From Propionicicella sp. (GTDB lineage Bacteria > Actinomycetota > Actinomycetes > Propionibacteriales > Propionibacteriaceae), in assembly GCA_039811865.1 (NCBI GenBank), contig JBDHZK010000001.1, positions 21,323 to 85,322 on the forward strand: a DNA stretch of 64,000 nucleotides, written 5' to 3'. Of this stretch, positions 1 through 8,725 are shown one piece after another. The notes beneath the pieces were generated by a model that saw only the letters and a program-made list of their open reading frames with translations, ran no database searches and was not told where the DNA came from. The position numbers and the translations under genes were made by a program. Each line of letters begins with the position of its first letter. The stretch's first letter is position 1.

Positions 1-429
1 GCGGCGCTCGATCCGGGTGTCGTCGATGCCCTCTTCGAGCGCCAGCAGCGAATCTTGCTGGGCCTCAGCCGAGGAATGGGCCGGGTGCCGCTCCTGGACG
101 ATCTCCTTGTCGACCATGAGGAGACGCGCCCATTGCACGGCCCCGATCCCGATCAGCAGCACGGCCAGGCCGAAGGTGAGGCCGAGCAGGAGGTGCTGTG
201 TCATCATCGGCTGGCCGAGGACGTTCACGGTCGCATTGCGGGGAACCGCGAAGTACGCCACGCAAAAGCCGATCACCAGCAGCGGGACGAGGGCGAACGC
301 GGTGACGACCTGGCGATATGCGTGGTTGCCGGCCGCGGTATCGGTGTCCGCGTAGCGCGGGATGTGTTCCTCGAGCCCGGGGTCGGGCACGGGCGCCAGG
401 TCTGCCTGGGGCCTGGTTTCAAGGCTCAT
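1..429 (-). CDS. qcrA: Menaquinol-cytochrome c reductase Rieske iron-sulfur subunit, N-terminal part (gene continues beyond the left window edge)
   Basis: Own translation of the minus strand from ATG at 429 (ATGA overlap with the qcrC stop) gives MSLETRPQADLAPVPDPGLEEHIPRYADTDTAAGNHAYRQVVTAFALVPLLVIGF...LLLGLTFGLAVLLIGIGAVQWARLLMVDKEIVQERH. This has TM helices and the GLTFGL..IGAV..QERH pattern I recall from actinobacterial QcrA. Position downstream of ctaE-qcrC fits. Absent from the ORF track because there is no stop in the window. Confidence 0.7.
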   Translation of the reverse strand, partial: MSLETRPQADLAPVPDPGLEEHIPRYADTDTAAGNHAYRQVVTAFALVPLLVIGFCVAYFAVPRNATVNVLGQPMMTQHLLLGLTFGLAVLLIGIGAVQWARLLMVDKEIVQERHPAHSSAEAQQDSLLALEEGIDDTRIERR

Positions 430-1223
430 CGGGCACGAGCTCCCTTCGCGGCGATCCATAGGGCGAACAGGACGAGGGTCACGATCCCGAAGATCCAGGC
501 GGCGAGGCCCTCGGTCACCGGACCCAATCCGCCGAGCGTGAAGCCCGCGGACGGAGTCTTCTCGAGGTCCTTCAGGTAGGCGATGATCGCGCGGACGTCC
601 TTGTCGGGGATGGCGCCGGCGGAGAACACGGGCATCTGCTGGGGGCCGGTCCGCAGAGCCTCCCAGATGTGCCGAGCCTCCACTCCGTGCAGCGGGGGAG
701 CGAACTTGCCGTTCGGCAGCGCGCCGCCGCCGCCACCGAAGTTGTGGCACGCCGAGCAGTTGGTGCGGAACAACTCACCGCCCCGGGCGATCTCATGCTC
801 GGTCAAGCCCTCGGGGCTGTACTGCGACTGTGCCGGTATGGGTTGCCCTGGACCGAGCGACTCGACGTAGGCAGCGAGCGCCGCGATCTCGTCCGGGTCG
901 AGGACGGGCGGCTTTCGCAGCGCTTGGGCGCCCGGCTGAGCCATCGGCATCCGACCGGTGCCGACCTGGAAGTCGACCGCCGCGGCGCCCACCCCGATCA
1001 GCGTGGGCGCCTGACTACCGCCCTCACCGTTGAGCCCATGGCAGGAGGCACAGTTCTGGGCGAAGAGGTTCTTGCCCGCGGCTACTTTTTCCGCGTTGGT
1101 GCCGTCGGCCGCCACTCGAGTGGGGCTGAGGGACGCATACAGCGCACCCATCAGCAGCAGGGCCACGGCCAAGATGATGGGCCGGGCGGCGCGGTGTCGC
1201 CTCTGGCTGATCAGGAATCGCAT
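426..1223 (-). CDS. qcrC: Menaquinol-cytochrome c reductase diheme cytochrome c subunit
   Basis: 265 aa ORF with two CxxCH haem-binding motifs (NCASCHG, NCSACHN), an N-terminal signal/TM segment and a C-terminal TM anchor. Lies between ctaE and qcrA. Confidence 0.9.
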   Translation of the reverse strand: MRFLISQRRHRAARPIILAVALLLMGALYASLSPTRVAADGTNAEKVAAGKNLFAQNCASCHGLNGEGGSQAPTLIGVGAAAVDFQVGTGRMPMAQPGAQALRKPPVLDPDEIAALAAYVESLGPGQPIPAQSQYSPEGLTEHEIARGGELFRTNCSACHNFGGGGGALPNGKFAPPLHGVEARHIWEALRTGPQQMPVFSAGAIPDKDVRAIIAYLKDLEKTPSAGFTLGGLGPVTEGLAAWIFGIVTLVLFALWIAAKGARAR

Positions 1224-1250
1224 CGGGTTCCTTTCGGGGCTCGGGTCAGG

Positions 1251-1997
1251 TCACCGCAGGAGGTAGATCACGCCGAACAGCACGATCCACACGGCATCGA
1301 CGAAGTGCCAGTAGTACGAGACGACGATCGCGTTGACCGCCTGCTCGTGCGTGAACGTCCGGGCCAGGTACGTCCGGCCCAAGAGCAGCAGGAAGGCTAC
1401 GAGCCCGCCCGTGACGTGCAGGCCATGGAACCCGGTGGCCAGGAAGAAGGCCGACGTGTAGCCGTTCGTCGAAATGGTGAAGCCCTCGCCGATCAGCGTC
1501 GCGTACTCGAACGCCTGGCCAGCTACGAAGAAGGCGCCCATGACGAAGGTCAGGGTGTACCACTCCCGCAGCCCCCATCGCCAGAACTCGAGGATCGACC
1601 CGCGCCGCTTGACGTGGCCGTTCTCGGCGGCATGCACGCCCATCTGACAGGTAACCGAACTCAGGATCAGGATCAGGGTGTTGGCGCCGGCCAACGGCAT
1701 GTTGAAGTGCGAAGCACCCCATTCCCACATGGACTGGGAACCTGACGCGGCGGCCGCGGCGTTCGTGACGTTGCGAAGCGTGAAGTAGGCGGCGAACAAG
1801 GCGGCGAAGAACATCAGGTCGGATGCCAGCCAGATGATGGTGCCGACGGCCACCATGTCCGGGCGGCCCTTGACCCCGTACATGCGCGGCCTGGCAACGG
1901 GGTGGATCGCCCCGTGCGGTGTGACCGGCAGGGCACGCGTCGTATCCGGTGAAGAAGCCACGGCGACATTATTGCCGCATCCGTCCCCTGAGGTCAT
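1251..1997 (-). CDS. ctaE: aa3-type cytochrome c oxidase subunit III
   Basis: Polytopic membrane protein ending [24 protein letters not shown], with [10 protein letters not shown], typical of CtaE. Start set at ATG 1997 (MTSGDG...) rather than the ORF-track start 2117, giving about 248 aa. Confidence 0.85.
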   Translation of the reverse strand: MTSGDGCGNNVAVASSPDTTRALPVTPHGAIHPVARPRMYGVKGRPDMVAVGTIIWLASDLMFFAALFAAYFTLRNVTNAAAAASGSQSMWEWGASHFNMPLAGANTLILILSSVTCQMGVHAAENGHVKRRGSILEFWRWGLREWYTLTFVMGAFFVAGQAFEYATLIGEGFTISTNGYTSAFFLATGFHGLHVTGGLVAFLLLLGRTYLARTFTHEQAVNAIVVSYYWHFVDAVWIVLFGVIYLLR

Positions 1998-2084
1998 GCC
2001 TTTCGTCCGGCAAATCTCGATCCAACCGCTTGTCGGCGCGGAAACCGACGGCGGGCGGTGCGACGGCGCTGAGATAATGCGGGT

Positions 2085-3089
2085 ATGGGACCTGCACCGA
2101 TCCTGGTGCCGTTGCACGGGGAGCCGGGCGACGACATCGCCCCGCTGACCCCGTTGAGGCTACTGACGGGGTGGACCTGGGACTGGTGGGTCTTCGCGGG
2201 TGCCCTTGTTGCCGTCTCGTTGTACCTGTGGGGGGTGTGGCGGCTACGCCGCCGAGGCGACGCGTGGCCGATCGGCCGGACGCTCGCATGGTGCCTGGGT
2301 GGCGTCGGCAGCGGGGTGATCGCCACGATGAGCGCACTGGGCACCTACGACACGGTCTTGTTCAGCGTGCATGCCGTCCAGCACATCGTGCTGGCCATGT
2401 TGACGCCGGTGATGCTGGCGCTCGGGGCGCCGGTGACGCTGGCTCTGCGGGCCCTACCGACCGGTGGTCACAAGGCCCTCATGGCCGTCCTGCACTCCTG
2501 GGTGGCGAAGGTGGCGATGTTCCCGCCGCTGGCGACCGCATTGATGATCGCGAACCCGTTCGGCCTCTACCTCACCGACCTGTACGAGTTCACGCTGCGC
2601 AACGCGCTGGCCCACGACTGGCTGCACCTGCACTTCGTCCTCACCGGATGCATGTTCTTCTGGCCTCTGCTGGGCTTGGATCCTCTGCCGAACCGGCTGC
2701 TCTACCCGATCCGGATCCTTTTGTTCTTCGTGACGATGCCGTTCCACGCATTCCTGGGCGTCACGATCATGGGGGATAAGCAGCTGATCGCCGAGGACTG
2801 GTACTTGGCGTTCAACCGCGCCTGGCCGCCGAGTCCGCTGGACGATCAGCGACTTGCCGGGGGGATCATGTGGGGTGCCGGGGACGTGATCGCTCTGGTA
2901 GTGATCGGCGTGCTCTTCGTGCAGTGGTGGCAGGAGAGCCAACGGGAGGCCAAGCGGGAGGATCGACGTCTGGATCGCGAGGAGGAGGTGGAGCGGCGGC
3001 GCGCTGCCGTCCTGGCCGCCGGGGGCGGAGCGGGCGCCGCGCAGTACGATGCACCAGACCGTGACGAGGGTCGCGGCGATAGCCCCTAG
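2085..3089 (+). CDS. Cytochrome c oxidase assembly factor CtaG-like polytopic membrane protein
   Basis: 334 aa with multiple TM helices and conserved His-containing segments ([41 protein letters not shown]), as in the caa3-CtaG family. Divergent from ctaE. Charged C-terminal tail. Confidence 0.6.
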   Translation: MGPAPILVPLHGEPGDDIAPLTPLRLLTGWTWDWWVFAGALVAVSLYLWGVWRLRRRGDAWPIGRTLAWCLGGVGSGVIATMSALGTYDTVLFSVHAVQHIVLAMLTPVMLALGAPVTLALRALPTGGHKALMAVLHSWVAKVAMFPPLATALMIANPFGLYLTDLYEFTLRNALAHDWLHLHFVLTGCMFFWPLLGLDPLPNRLLYPIRILLFFVTMPFHAFLGVTIMGDKQLIAEDWYLAFNRAWPPSPLDDQRLAGGIMWGAGDVIALVVIGVLFVQWWQESQREAKREDRRLDREEEVERRRAAVLAAGGGAGAAQYDAPDRDEGRGDSP

Positions 3090-3097
3090 GAACTCCT

Positions 3098-3514
3098 ATG
3101 AGCGAGCAAGCCCCGAAGCCTCAGACGCGAATCCTGCTGTACTCCGACGACCGTTCGGTGCGCGCGGACGTCCGGCTCGCCTTGGGCGGCCGGGTCGCCT
3201 CGGATCTGCCCGAGGTCGAGGTCTTCGAGGCAGCTACGCAGCCCGCCGTCTTCAGAGCCCTCAGTGCGGGCGGATTCGACCTTGCCATCCTGGACGCCGA
3301 AGCCGTCCCGGCGGGTGGGATGGGCATTTGCAAACAGATCAAGGACGAACTCCCCGACGCGCCCCCGGTGCTGCTGATCGTGGCGCGAGTCGCGGACGCC
3401 TGGCTGGCGACCTGGAGTCGCGCCGAGGGCATCACCACGCACCCGATCGACCCGGTGCGCCTCCCAGGCCAGGTGGCCGGCTTGCTCCGGACACGGCTGG
3501 CGAAGGTCGGCTGA
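3098..3514 (+). CDS. Stand-alone response-regulator receiver-like domain protein
   Basis: 138 aa with a CheY-like layout: LLYSDD acidic pair and DLAILDAEA putative phospho-acceptor Asp. The T/S and K positions look degenerate (LLIVAR, THPIDP). No output domain. Confidence 0.55.
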   Translation: MSEQAPKPQTRILLYSDDRSVRADVRLALGGRVASDLPEVEVFEAATQPAVFRALSAGGFDLAILDAEAVPAGGMGICKQIKDELPDAPPVLLIVARVADAWLATWSRAEGITTHPIDPVRLPGQVAGLLRTRLAKVG

Positions 3515-3515
3515 A

Positions 3516-4562
3516 GTGGCATCGCGCTGGCCGGAAGTGCTTGGCCGTCTCGTCGCGCGGGAGGAGTTGAACGAGGAGCAGGCCGCCTGGGCGATGGGCG
3601 AGGTGCTCGCGGGCAATGCCACGCCGGCCCAGGTGGCCGGTTTTGCCGTCGCATTGAGGGCCAAGGGCGAGACGGTCGGGGAGATCTCGGCGCTGGCCCA
3701 ATCGATGCTCGAGAATGCCACACCAATCGTGCTTGATCGCGAGGCGGTGGACATCGTCGGGACCGGCGGTGACCGTGCCCGAACCGTCAACGTTTCCACG
3801 ATGGCGGCGATCGTCGCGGCTGCGGCGGGGGCCAAGGTGGTCAAGCACGGCAACCGGGCGGCCTCATCGTCCTGCGGCACCGCGGATTGCCTGGAAGCGC
3901 TTGGGGTGGCGCTGGACGTGCCCCCCGAACGCCAAGCCGCGGTGCTCGACCAGGTCGGCATCGTGTTCCTGTTCGCTGCCCGCTACCACCCCTCGCTGCG
4001 GCACGCGGCGGTCGCGCGCAGCGAACTGGGCGTGCCGACCACCTTCAACTTCCTTGGCCCGTTGGCGAACCCGGCCCGGCCGCTGGCCCAGGCGGTCGGG
4101 GTGGCTGATGTCCGGATGGCGCCGCTGCTGGCGGGCGTCCTCGCTGGGCGCGGCACGCGGGGCCTCGTATTTCACGGTGCCGACGGTCTGGACGAACTGA
4201 CGACCACCACCACTTCGCGGGTGTGGCTGATGCGTGATCGACGGTGCGTCGAGACGTCCCTGGATCCGGTCGGCCTCGGGCTGAGGGCGGCGCGTCCGGA
4301 GGATCTGGTCGGCGGCGACCCCGCTCACAACGCCCAAGTGGTCAAAGACACGTTCGCCGGCGCCAGCGGCCCGGTAGCCGACATAGTCGTGCTCAACGCG
4401 GCGGCCGCCCTCCTCGCCTTCCACGGACCGGACCTCGAGACCGACCTGGCCGCGCAACTGGACGCCTGGGTGAGCGTCGCTCGCCACGCCATCTTGTCCG
4501 GCGCGGCCGGCGCGAAACTGGACGCGTGGGCCGCTGCCTCCCAGGCGGCGGCGGGACGCTGA
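3516..4562 (+). CDS. trpD: Anthranilate phosphoribosyltransferase
   Basis: 348 aa with the GTGGD motif (VDIVGTGGDRARTVNVSTMAA) and KHGNRAASSSCGTADCLEALG. GTG start 2 nt after the upstream stop. Confidence 0.9.
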   Translation: MASRWPEVLGRLVAREELNEEQAAWAMGEVLAGNATPAQVAGFAVALRAKGETVGEISALAQSMLENATPIVLDREAVDIVGTGGDRARTVNVSTMAAIVAAAAGAKVVKHGNRAASSSCGTADCLEALGVALDVPPERQAAVLDQVGIVFLFAARYHPSLRHAAVARSELGVPTTFNFLGPLANPARPLAQAVGVADVRMAPLLAGVLAGRGTRGLVFHGADGLDELTTTTTSRVWLMRDRRCVETSLDPVGLGLRAARPEDLVGGDPAHNAQVVKDTFAGASGPVADIVVLNAAAALLAFHGPDLETDLAAQLDAWVSVARHAILSGAAGAKLDAWAAASQAAAGR

Positions 4563-4595
4563 GCCTGTCCGGGTTGCCCCGCTGCTCGTAGCGTG

Positions 4596-4612
4596 CCGGG
4601 GCGCAGCCCCGG
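4596..4612. terminator. Short GC hairpin between convergent trpD and the peptidase gene (possible bidirectional terminator)
   Basis: CCGGGGC-gca-GCCCCGG, a 7-bp stem with a 3-nt loop, in the 56-nt convergent gap. No clear U-tract. Confidence 0.3.
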
Positions 4613-4618
4613 GCGTCC

Positions 4619-5320
4619 TCAGCCCGCAACCTGGAGCAGGATCAAGGCGGCGTAGGGCCCGGCCACCAGGGCCGGTCCGTACGGGAATCCGGACGCAGTC
4701 ACGCCCCGGCGCCGGCGCGCCCAGGTCCAGGCCAGTCCGAGGAGGACGCCGATGACGCTCCCAAGCACGGCCGACCACAGCGTCCATCGAAGCGCGATCG
4801 ATCCCGTCGCGGCGCCGATCAGCGCGGCCAGCCGCACATCGCCGAACCCGATCCCCGAACTGAACCTCCAAAAGAGCCAGAAGAACCCGCCAAGCCCAGC
4901 GGCTCCAAGGGCGCCGAAGGCCAGCGGCTCCCAGGATCTCGCCAGAATCGCCACGGCGCCCACGCCGAGCGCCGTCAGAGTCCAGCCGGCTCGAGTCAAC
5001 GACAGCGGCAGGTAGGTCGTCCGCGCATCGATGGCCGCGAGCAGCACGCCGAGCGTGCCGAGACCCACCAGGGCCAAGGCGTGCGGGAAACCGAGCAAGC
5101 CGACGGTCACCAGCGCCCCGATCGCCGCGCAAGCACCCGTGGCGGTGAGAAACCACGGTGTGCCTAGCGCCGCGTAGGGAATCTTCTGATCGTCCGAGTC
5201 GTCCGAGTCGTCCGGTTCGCGCAGCCGCGGCAACATCGCGGCGCCCAGCGTGGCGACGAGCGAGCCGACCGACACCGAAAGGATCACCAACCAGGTGGCA
5301 TTCAACGGCTCCCCGGTCAT
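4619..5320 (-). CDS. Prepilin (type IV leader) peptidase family A24 membrane protein
   Basis: Polytopic membrane protein with the two Asp-containing A24 motifs: GIGFGDVRLAALIGA, and PYGPALVAG near the C-terminus. Start set at MTGEPLN (ATG 5320) so it does not overlap the upstream gene. Confidence 0.6.
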   Translation of the reverse strand: MTGEPLNATWLVILSVSVGSLVATLGAAMLPRLREPDDSDDSDDQKIPYAALGTPWFLTATGACAAIGALVTVGLLGFPHALALVGLGTLGVLLAAIDARTTYLPLSLTRAGWTLTALGVGAVAILARSWEPLAFGALGAAGLGGFFWLFWRFSSGIGFGDVRLAALIGAATGSIALRWTLWSAVLGSVIGVLLGLAWTWARRRRGVTASGFPYGPALVAGPYAALILLQVAG

Positions 5321-5330
5321 CGTGGACCCC

Positions 5331-5864
5331 TCACGCCGCGAGCGCGTCCGGCTTGGACGCATCCGCCTCGGCATCGGGATCGACGAGCAGCCCATGCGCC
5401 TGCGCCGCCGCGCGCACCATCAGTGCGCACCGGTACGTGACGTTTTGTTGCCGTCCCTTCGCCAGGTCGCCGATCTCAAGGTTGCTGAGTCGCAATGCAT
5501 CGGCCAAGCCGTCAACGGTCCAGCCGCTCGAAACGAGGGCGCGGATGAGCTCGCTCGTGGGCTCGGCCGCCTGCCAGGTTCGCCCGAGCCGGCGCAACTC
5601 CTGCGGTGTGATCGCGAACAGGCGCGCGGCATAGGCCCGGACGATCCGACCACCCCTCCTGGGCGGACCGACCAAACGCTGGACGACCCGCTCGGGAACG
5701 CAGGCGTGCATCGCGATTGCCCGCCAAGGAAGCCCGCTCAGATCCATCAGGCGATGCACGTGGGCCCGAAACGGGGCTGACGACACCCACGTGTCGTCCT
5801 CGGTGCTGGCGGGCAAGCTCAGATCGACGCGATTGCGTCTCAGGTCAACGCGATTGCTGCGCAT
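5331..5864 (-). CDS. Hypothetical protein, possible HTH-containing
   Basis: 177 aa. Strong RBS (AGGAGGAGCCC) before ATG 5864. The segment SGLPWRAIAMHACVPERVVQRLV resembles a helix-turn-helix. The N-terminus is encoded by an imperfect 21-bp tandem repeat. No family recognised. Confidence 0.5.
   Translation of the reverse strand: MRSNRVDLRRNRVDLSLPASTEDDTWVSSAPFRAHVHRLMDLSGLPWRAIAMHACVPERVVQRLVGPPRRGGRIVRAYAARLFAITPQELRRLGRTWQAAEPTSELIRALVSSGWTVDGLADALRLSNLEIGDLAKGRQQNVTYRCALMVRAAAQAHGLLVDPDAEADASKPDALAA
5820..5861 (-). repeat. Imperfect tandem 21-bp direct repeat at the 5' end of the 5331-5864 ORF
   Basis: cagatcgacgcgattgcgtct / caggtcaacgcgattgctgcg (16/21 identical), encoding ..NRVDLR RNRVDLS.. 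Confidence 0.7.
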
Positions 5865-5952
5865 GGGCTCCTCCTGGTTGGCGATTCACCCAGGAAAGCC
5901 GCGCCGGCGACCCCGTTGTGAGGTCGCCGGCGAAGTTTCTTTCTCGACCCTG

Positions 5953-6822
5953 CTATTCGGCACGCGCAGGCGCGTCGTCTTCGCCGTCGTCCTCGGTCAT
6001 GGCCTCGGGCCGGTCATCGTCGTCGGCAGCAGCATCGTCGGCGGTCACCACAGGATCGGAGACGGTTTCCTCGGCGATCGCGTCGTCCGCGGCGTTGGCC
6101 TGCGCCAGGTCCGCTTCCTGCTGGGCCTGCGACTCCTGTGCGGCCATGTCGGCCTCGGCGTCGGCGAGCTTGGTGTCCAGGTCGGTCGGCGGCACGTAGG
6201 CCAGGCTCGACTCGTGGGTCTGCCAGTCCTCATCGCGAGGGCCGAAGAAGCGCTTCACCGCGTAGACCACGCCAGCGATCAGGGCGGCGGCAACGGCTAC
6301 CTTGGCGATCGTCTTGCCCACCCCCGACTTCTTCTTGGGGACGAGTTTCTCGACGGGTTCGAGGTCGCCGACCAAGGCCGCCGTCGCAGCGGAGAGTCGA
6401 CGGGTGGTTTCCTTGGCCAGCGGGTGCTCGGCCGCTTCATGCAGGGCAGCGGCCAGCTTGGGCAGCAGATCGTCGGCGAAATCCTTCGCGGCCTCGACGG
6501 CTGGGGTCACTCTCTCCTTGGCGGCGTCCACATAGGGGGCGACTCGCTCGCGAGCGACCTCCGCCTGCTCCTTGGCAGCGTCCACGTGGGGGCCGACGAA
6601 CCGGATGGCCTCGTCGATCCTGGGCTGAATCGCCTCGCGGGTATGGGTGGCCAACTCGGCGCCCCTCACCTTTGCTTCGTGTGCCTTGGGTCCCACGAAG
6701 TCAGCGGCCTGTTCGACCAGGGGGCTGATCTTCGCCTTCGCCTCCTCCAGCGCGTGTGCCCCGACCTCGGCGGCGTTGTGAGCGGTTTCCTCGACGGTCT
6801 CTCGCAGTTTCTTGCTGTTCAC
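5953..6822 (-). CDS. Membrane-anchored protein with apolipoprotein-like amphipathic helical repeats and an acidic C-terminal tail
   Basis: Start set at GTG 6822, preceded by GGAGGAATC. The N-terminal half has repeated ..V(G)P.VDAAKE(R/Q).. helical units. One TM segment (IAKVAVAAALIAGVVYAV), then a D/E/A-rich tail. The ORF-track start 7008 would overlap the divergent PPIase gene. Confidence 0.55.
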   Translation of the reverse strand: MNSKKLRETVEETAHNAAEVGAHALEEAKAKISPLVEQAADFVGPKAHEAKVRGAELATHTREAIQPRIDEAIRFVGPHVDAAKEQAEVARERVAPYVDAAKERVTPAVEAAKDFADDLLPKLAAALHEAAEHPLAKETTRRLSAATAALVGDLEPVEKLVPKKKSGVGKTIAKVAVAAALIAGVVYAVKRFFGPRDEDWQTHESSLAYVPPTDLDTKLADAEADMAAQESQAQQEADLAQANAADDAIAEETVSDPVVTADDAAADDDDRPEAMTEDDGEDDAPARAE

Positions 6823-6992
6823 GATTCCTCCGATTCGTTGCTCCCCAGCTGGGGTGTACAAGTGGATCAACCCTACCGAGTGCCGCCTTCGGGTGGGTCG
6901 TGAGTCTTCACACGCACACCTTGGGGCGGGCTCCGGATCGGTAACCTCGGAGGTTTCTGGGAAGATGGCACTTCCCTCGGAAAGGACTCCCT

Positions 6993-7511
6993 GTGGCTCA
7001 GACCGCAACCCTGCACACCAATCATGGCGACATCCTGGTGACGCTGTTCGAAGACCAAGCGCCCAAGACGGTGGCGAACTTCGTCGGCTTGGCTAACGGG
7101 ACAAAGGAATTCAAGGACGCGACCACCGGCGAGACGCGCACCGGCAAGTACTACGACGGGCTCGTGTTCCACCGGGTGATCGACGGCTTCATGATCCAAG
7201 GCGGCTGCCCGCGCGGAGATGGGCGGGGCGGGCCCGGCTACCAGTTCGGCGACGAGTTCCACCCAGAACTCTCGTTCAACCGGCCGTACTTGCTCGCCAT
7301 GGCCAACGCCGGCCCAGGGACGAACGGCTCACAGTTCTTCATCACCGTTTCCCCGACGCCGCACCTGAACCGGCGCCACACCATCTTCGGCCGCGTCGCC
7401 GACGAGGCGAGCCGTGCGGTGGTCGCGGAGATCGCGGGCGTCGCGACGGACCGCTCCGACCGTCCTCTCGATCCCGTAGTGATCGAGTCGGTGGAGATCG
7501 GCGAGGGCTGA
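6993..7511 (+). CDS. Peptidyl-prolyl cis-trans isomerase, cyclophilin type
   Basis: 172 aa with [15 protein letters not shown] and [12 protein letters not shown], both cyclophilin signatures. Confidence 0.9.
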   Translation: MAQTATLHTNHGDILVTLFEDQAPKTVANFVGLANGTKEFKDATTGETRTGKYYDGLVFHRVIDGFMIQGGCPRGDGRGGPGYQFGDEFHPELSFNRPYLLAMANAGPGTNGSQFFITVSPTPHLNRRHTIFGRVADEASRAVVAEIAGVATDRSDRPLDPVVIESVEIGEG

Positions 7512-7514
7512 TCC

Positions 7515-8291
7515 TCACGCCCTAGGCACGACGGTGATGGGAACCGCGCTGAGGTGCAGCCCGCCCATGAACCAGATCGCGCCGAAGGCGATCCCGGCCA
7601 GCACCAGCAGACCCAGCACGATGAACAGCACGATCAGCACCACGCTCGGCCGTTTCTTTGCCCGCGGCGCAGCGGCCCCCGGGGGCGGTTGTCCCTGCAT
7701 CCCCGGGGCCTGCATTCCGGAGCCTTGCGTCCCAGGAACCTGCGCCGCGGGAGCGTAGCGCGGGTCGGTCGGCCCAGCGACGGGGTACCCGGGAGGCGGC
7801 GGGAAACCGCCCTGATCCGGCTGACCGACTCGTGCCGGAGCCGACGTGGTCGGCGGGAGAGCCGTCTTCGGCGGGGGGCGAAGCACCGTCCGATCACCGA
7901 AGTCCTCGTCCTCGTCGATCGCCGGCGGCAGCGGCCGCATCAGGGGAGACGCGGGTGCGGGCTGGGTAGGCGGTCGTCCGGGCGTCTGGTCCGGCTGGCC
8001 AGGCCATTGCTGGGGCGGCCAACCCTGGCCCGGCTGGTGCGGTTGGGCTTGGGGCGCACTGCCGGGCTGGGGTTGCCAGCCGGGCGGGACGGGTTGCTGT
8101 GGCTGAGGTTGCGAGCCGCTACCGGGCTGGGGCTGCCAGTGCGGCGCCGATCCGGGTTGAGGCTGCGAACCTGGCGCGCTCGCAGACTGGGGTGCCGAGG
8201 GCGATTGGCCATACGGCCAGGGCGGCTGCGGGGGTCCCCACTGGCCCGGGGGTTGACCCTCGGGCCGCGGCGGCACGTTCTGGCCCGTCAT
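7515..8291 (-). CDS. Pro/Gln-rich protein with a C-terminal TM anchor
   Basis: 258 aa. Low-complexity P/Q/G repeats (QPQPGSAP...). One TM helix near the C-terminus (VVLIVLFIVLGLLVLAGIAFGAIWF). Starts 2 nt after the upstream Lrp-like gene stop. Confidence 0.5.
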   Translation of the reverse strand: MTGQNVPPRPEGQPPGQWGPPQPPWPYGQSPSAPQSASAPGSQPQPGSAPHWQPQPGSGSQPQPQQPVPPGWQPQPGSAPQAQPHQPGQGWPPQQWPGQPDQTPGRPPTQPAPASPLMRPLPPAIDEDEDFGDRTVLRPPPKTALPPTTSAPARVGQPDQGGFPPPPGYPVAGPTDPRYAPAAQVPGTQGSGMQAPGMQGQPPPGAAAPRAKKRPSVVLIVLFIVLGLLVLAGIAFGAIWFMGGLHLSAVPITVVPRA

Positions 8292-8293
8292 CG

Positions 8294-8572
8294 CTACACC
8301 CCGCCCAGTGAGAAGGCGGCTTCCAGGTCATGCGATGAGTAGGCGCGGAAGGCGATGTGGGTCTCGGTGTCCACCACGCCGGGCACCTTGTTGAGTTGGT
8401 CGGCGACCACCTCGGCGATCTGGTCGTGCGATCGCACCCGAACCAGCACGATCAGATCGATCTTCCCCGTGACCGAGTAGACCTCGGTCACCCCCGCGAG
8501 GGCGGCAATCGTCTCGGCCACCTCGGGGATGCGCGCCACGTCCGCCTTGACGAACACAATCGCTGTGATCAT
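8294..8572 (-). CDS. Lrp/AsnC ligand-binding (RAM) domain-only protein
   Basis: 92 aa. MITAIVFVKADVARIPEVAETIAALAGVTEVYSVTGKIDLIVLVRV matches the AsnC-type effector domain. No HTH domain present. Confidence 0.65.
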   Translation of the reverse strand: MITAIVFVKADVARIPEVAETIAALAGVTEVYSVTGKIDLIVLVRVRSHDQIAEVVADQLNKVPGVVDTETHIAFRAYSSHDLEAAFSLGGV

Positions 8573-8725
8573 TACCCGATCCTAGGGCTGCGAGGCTCGA
8601 GTTGACCCGGCGAACCGACGCGGACGGTGGGGTGCTGAGGGCCGGGGAGGGGACGACGCCCCAAGTTGAGCAACCGAACCTCGCTCAATCGATCGACCAC
8701 CAGCGCGGCCGGCTTCGGGTGTTGG

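Noticed and set aside
3086-3961. Long antisense or alternative-frame ORFs throughout the track (for example 3086-3961 minus, 5791-6903 plus, 14874-16223 minus, 20884-22287 plus, 27508-28674 plus, 24668-25891 minus, 52047-53351 minus).
   Set aside because: They overlap genes with clear family motifs. Their translations are Arg/Pro/Gly/Ala-rich low-complexity strings typical of out-of-frame reading in 70% GC DNA, and they lack RBS or operon logic.
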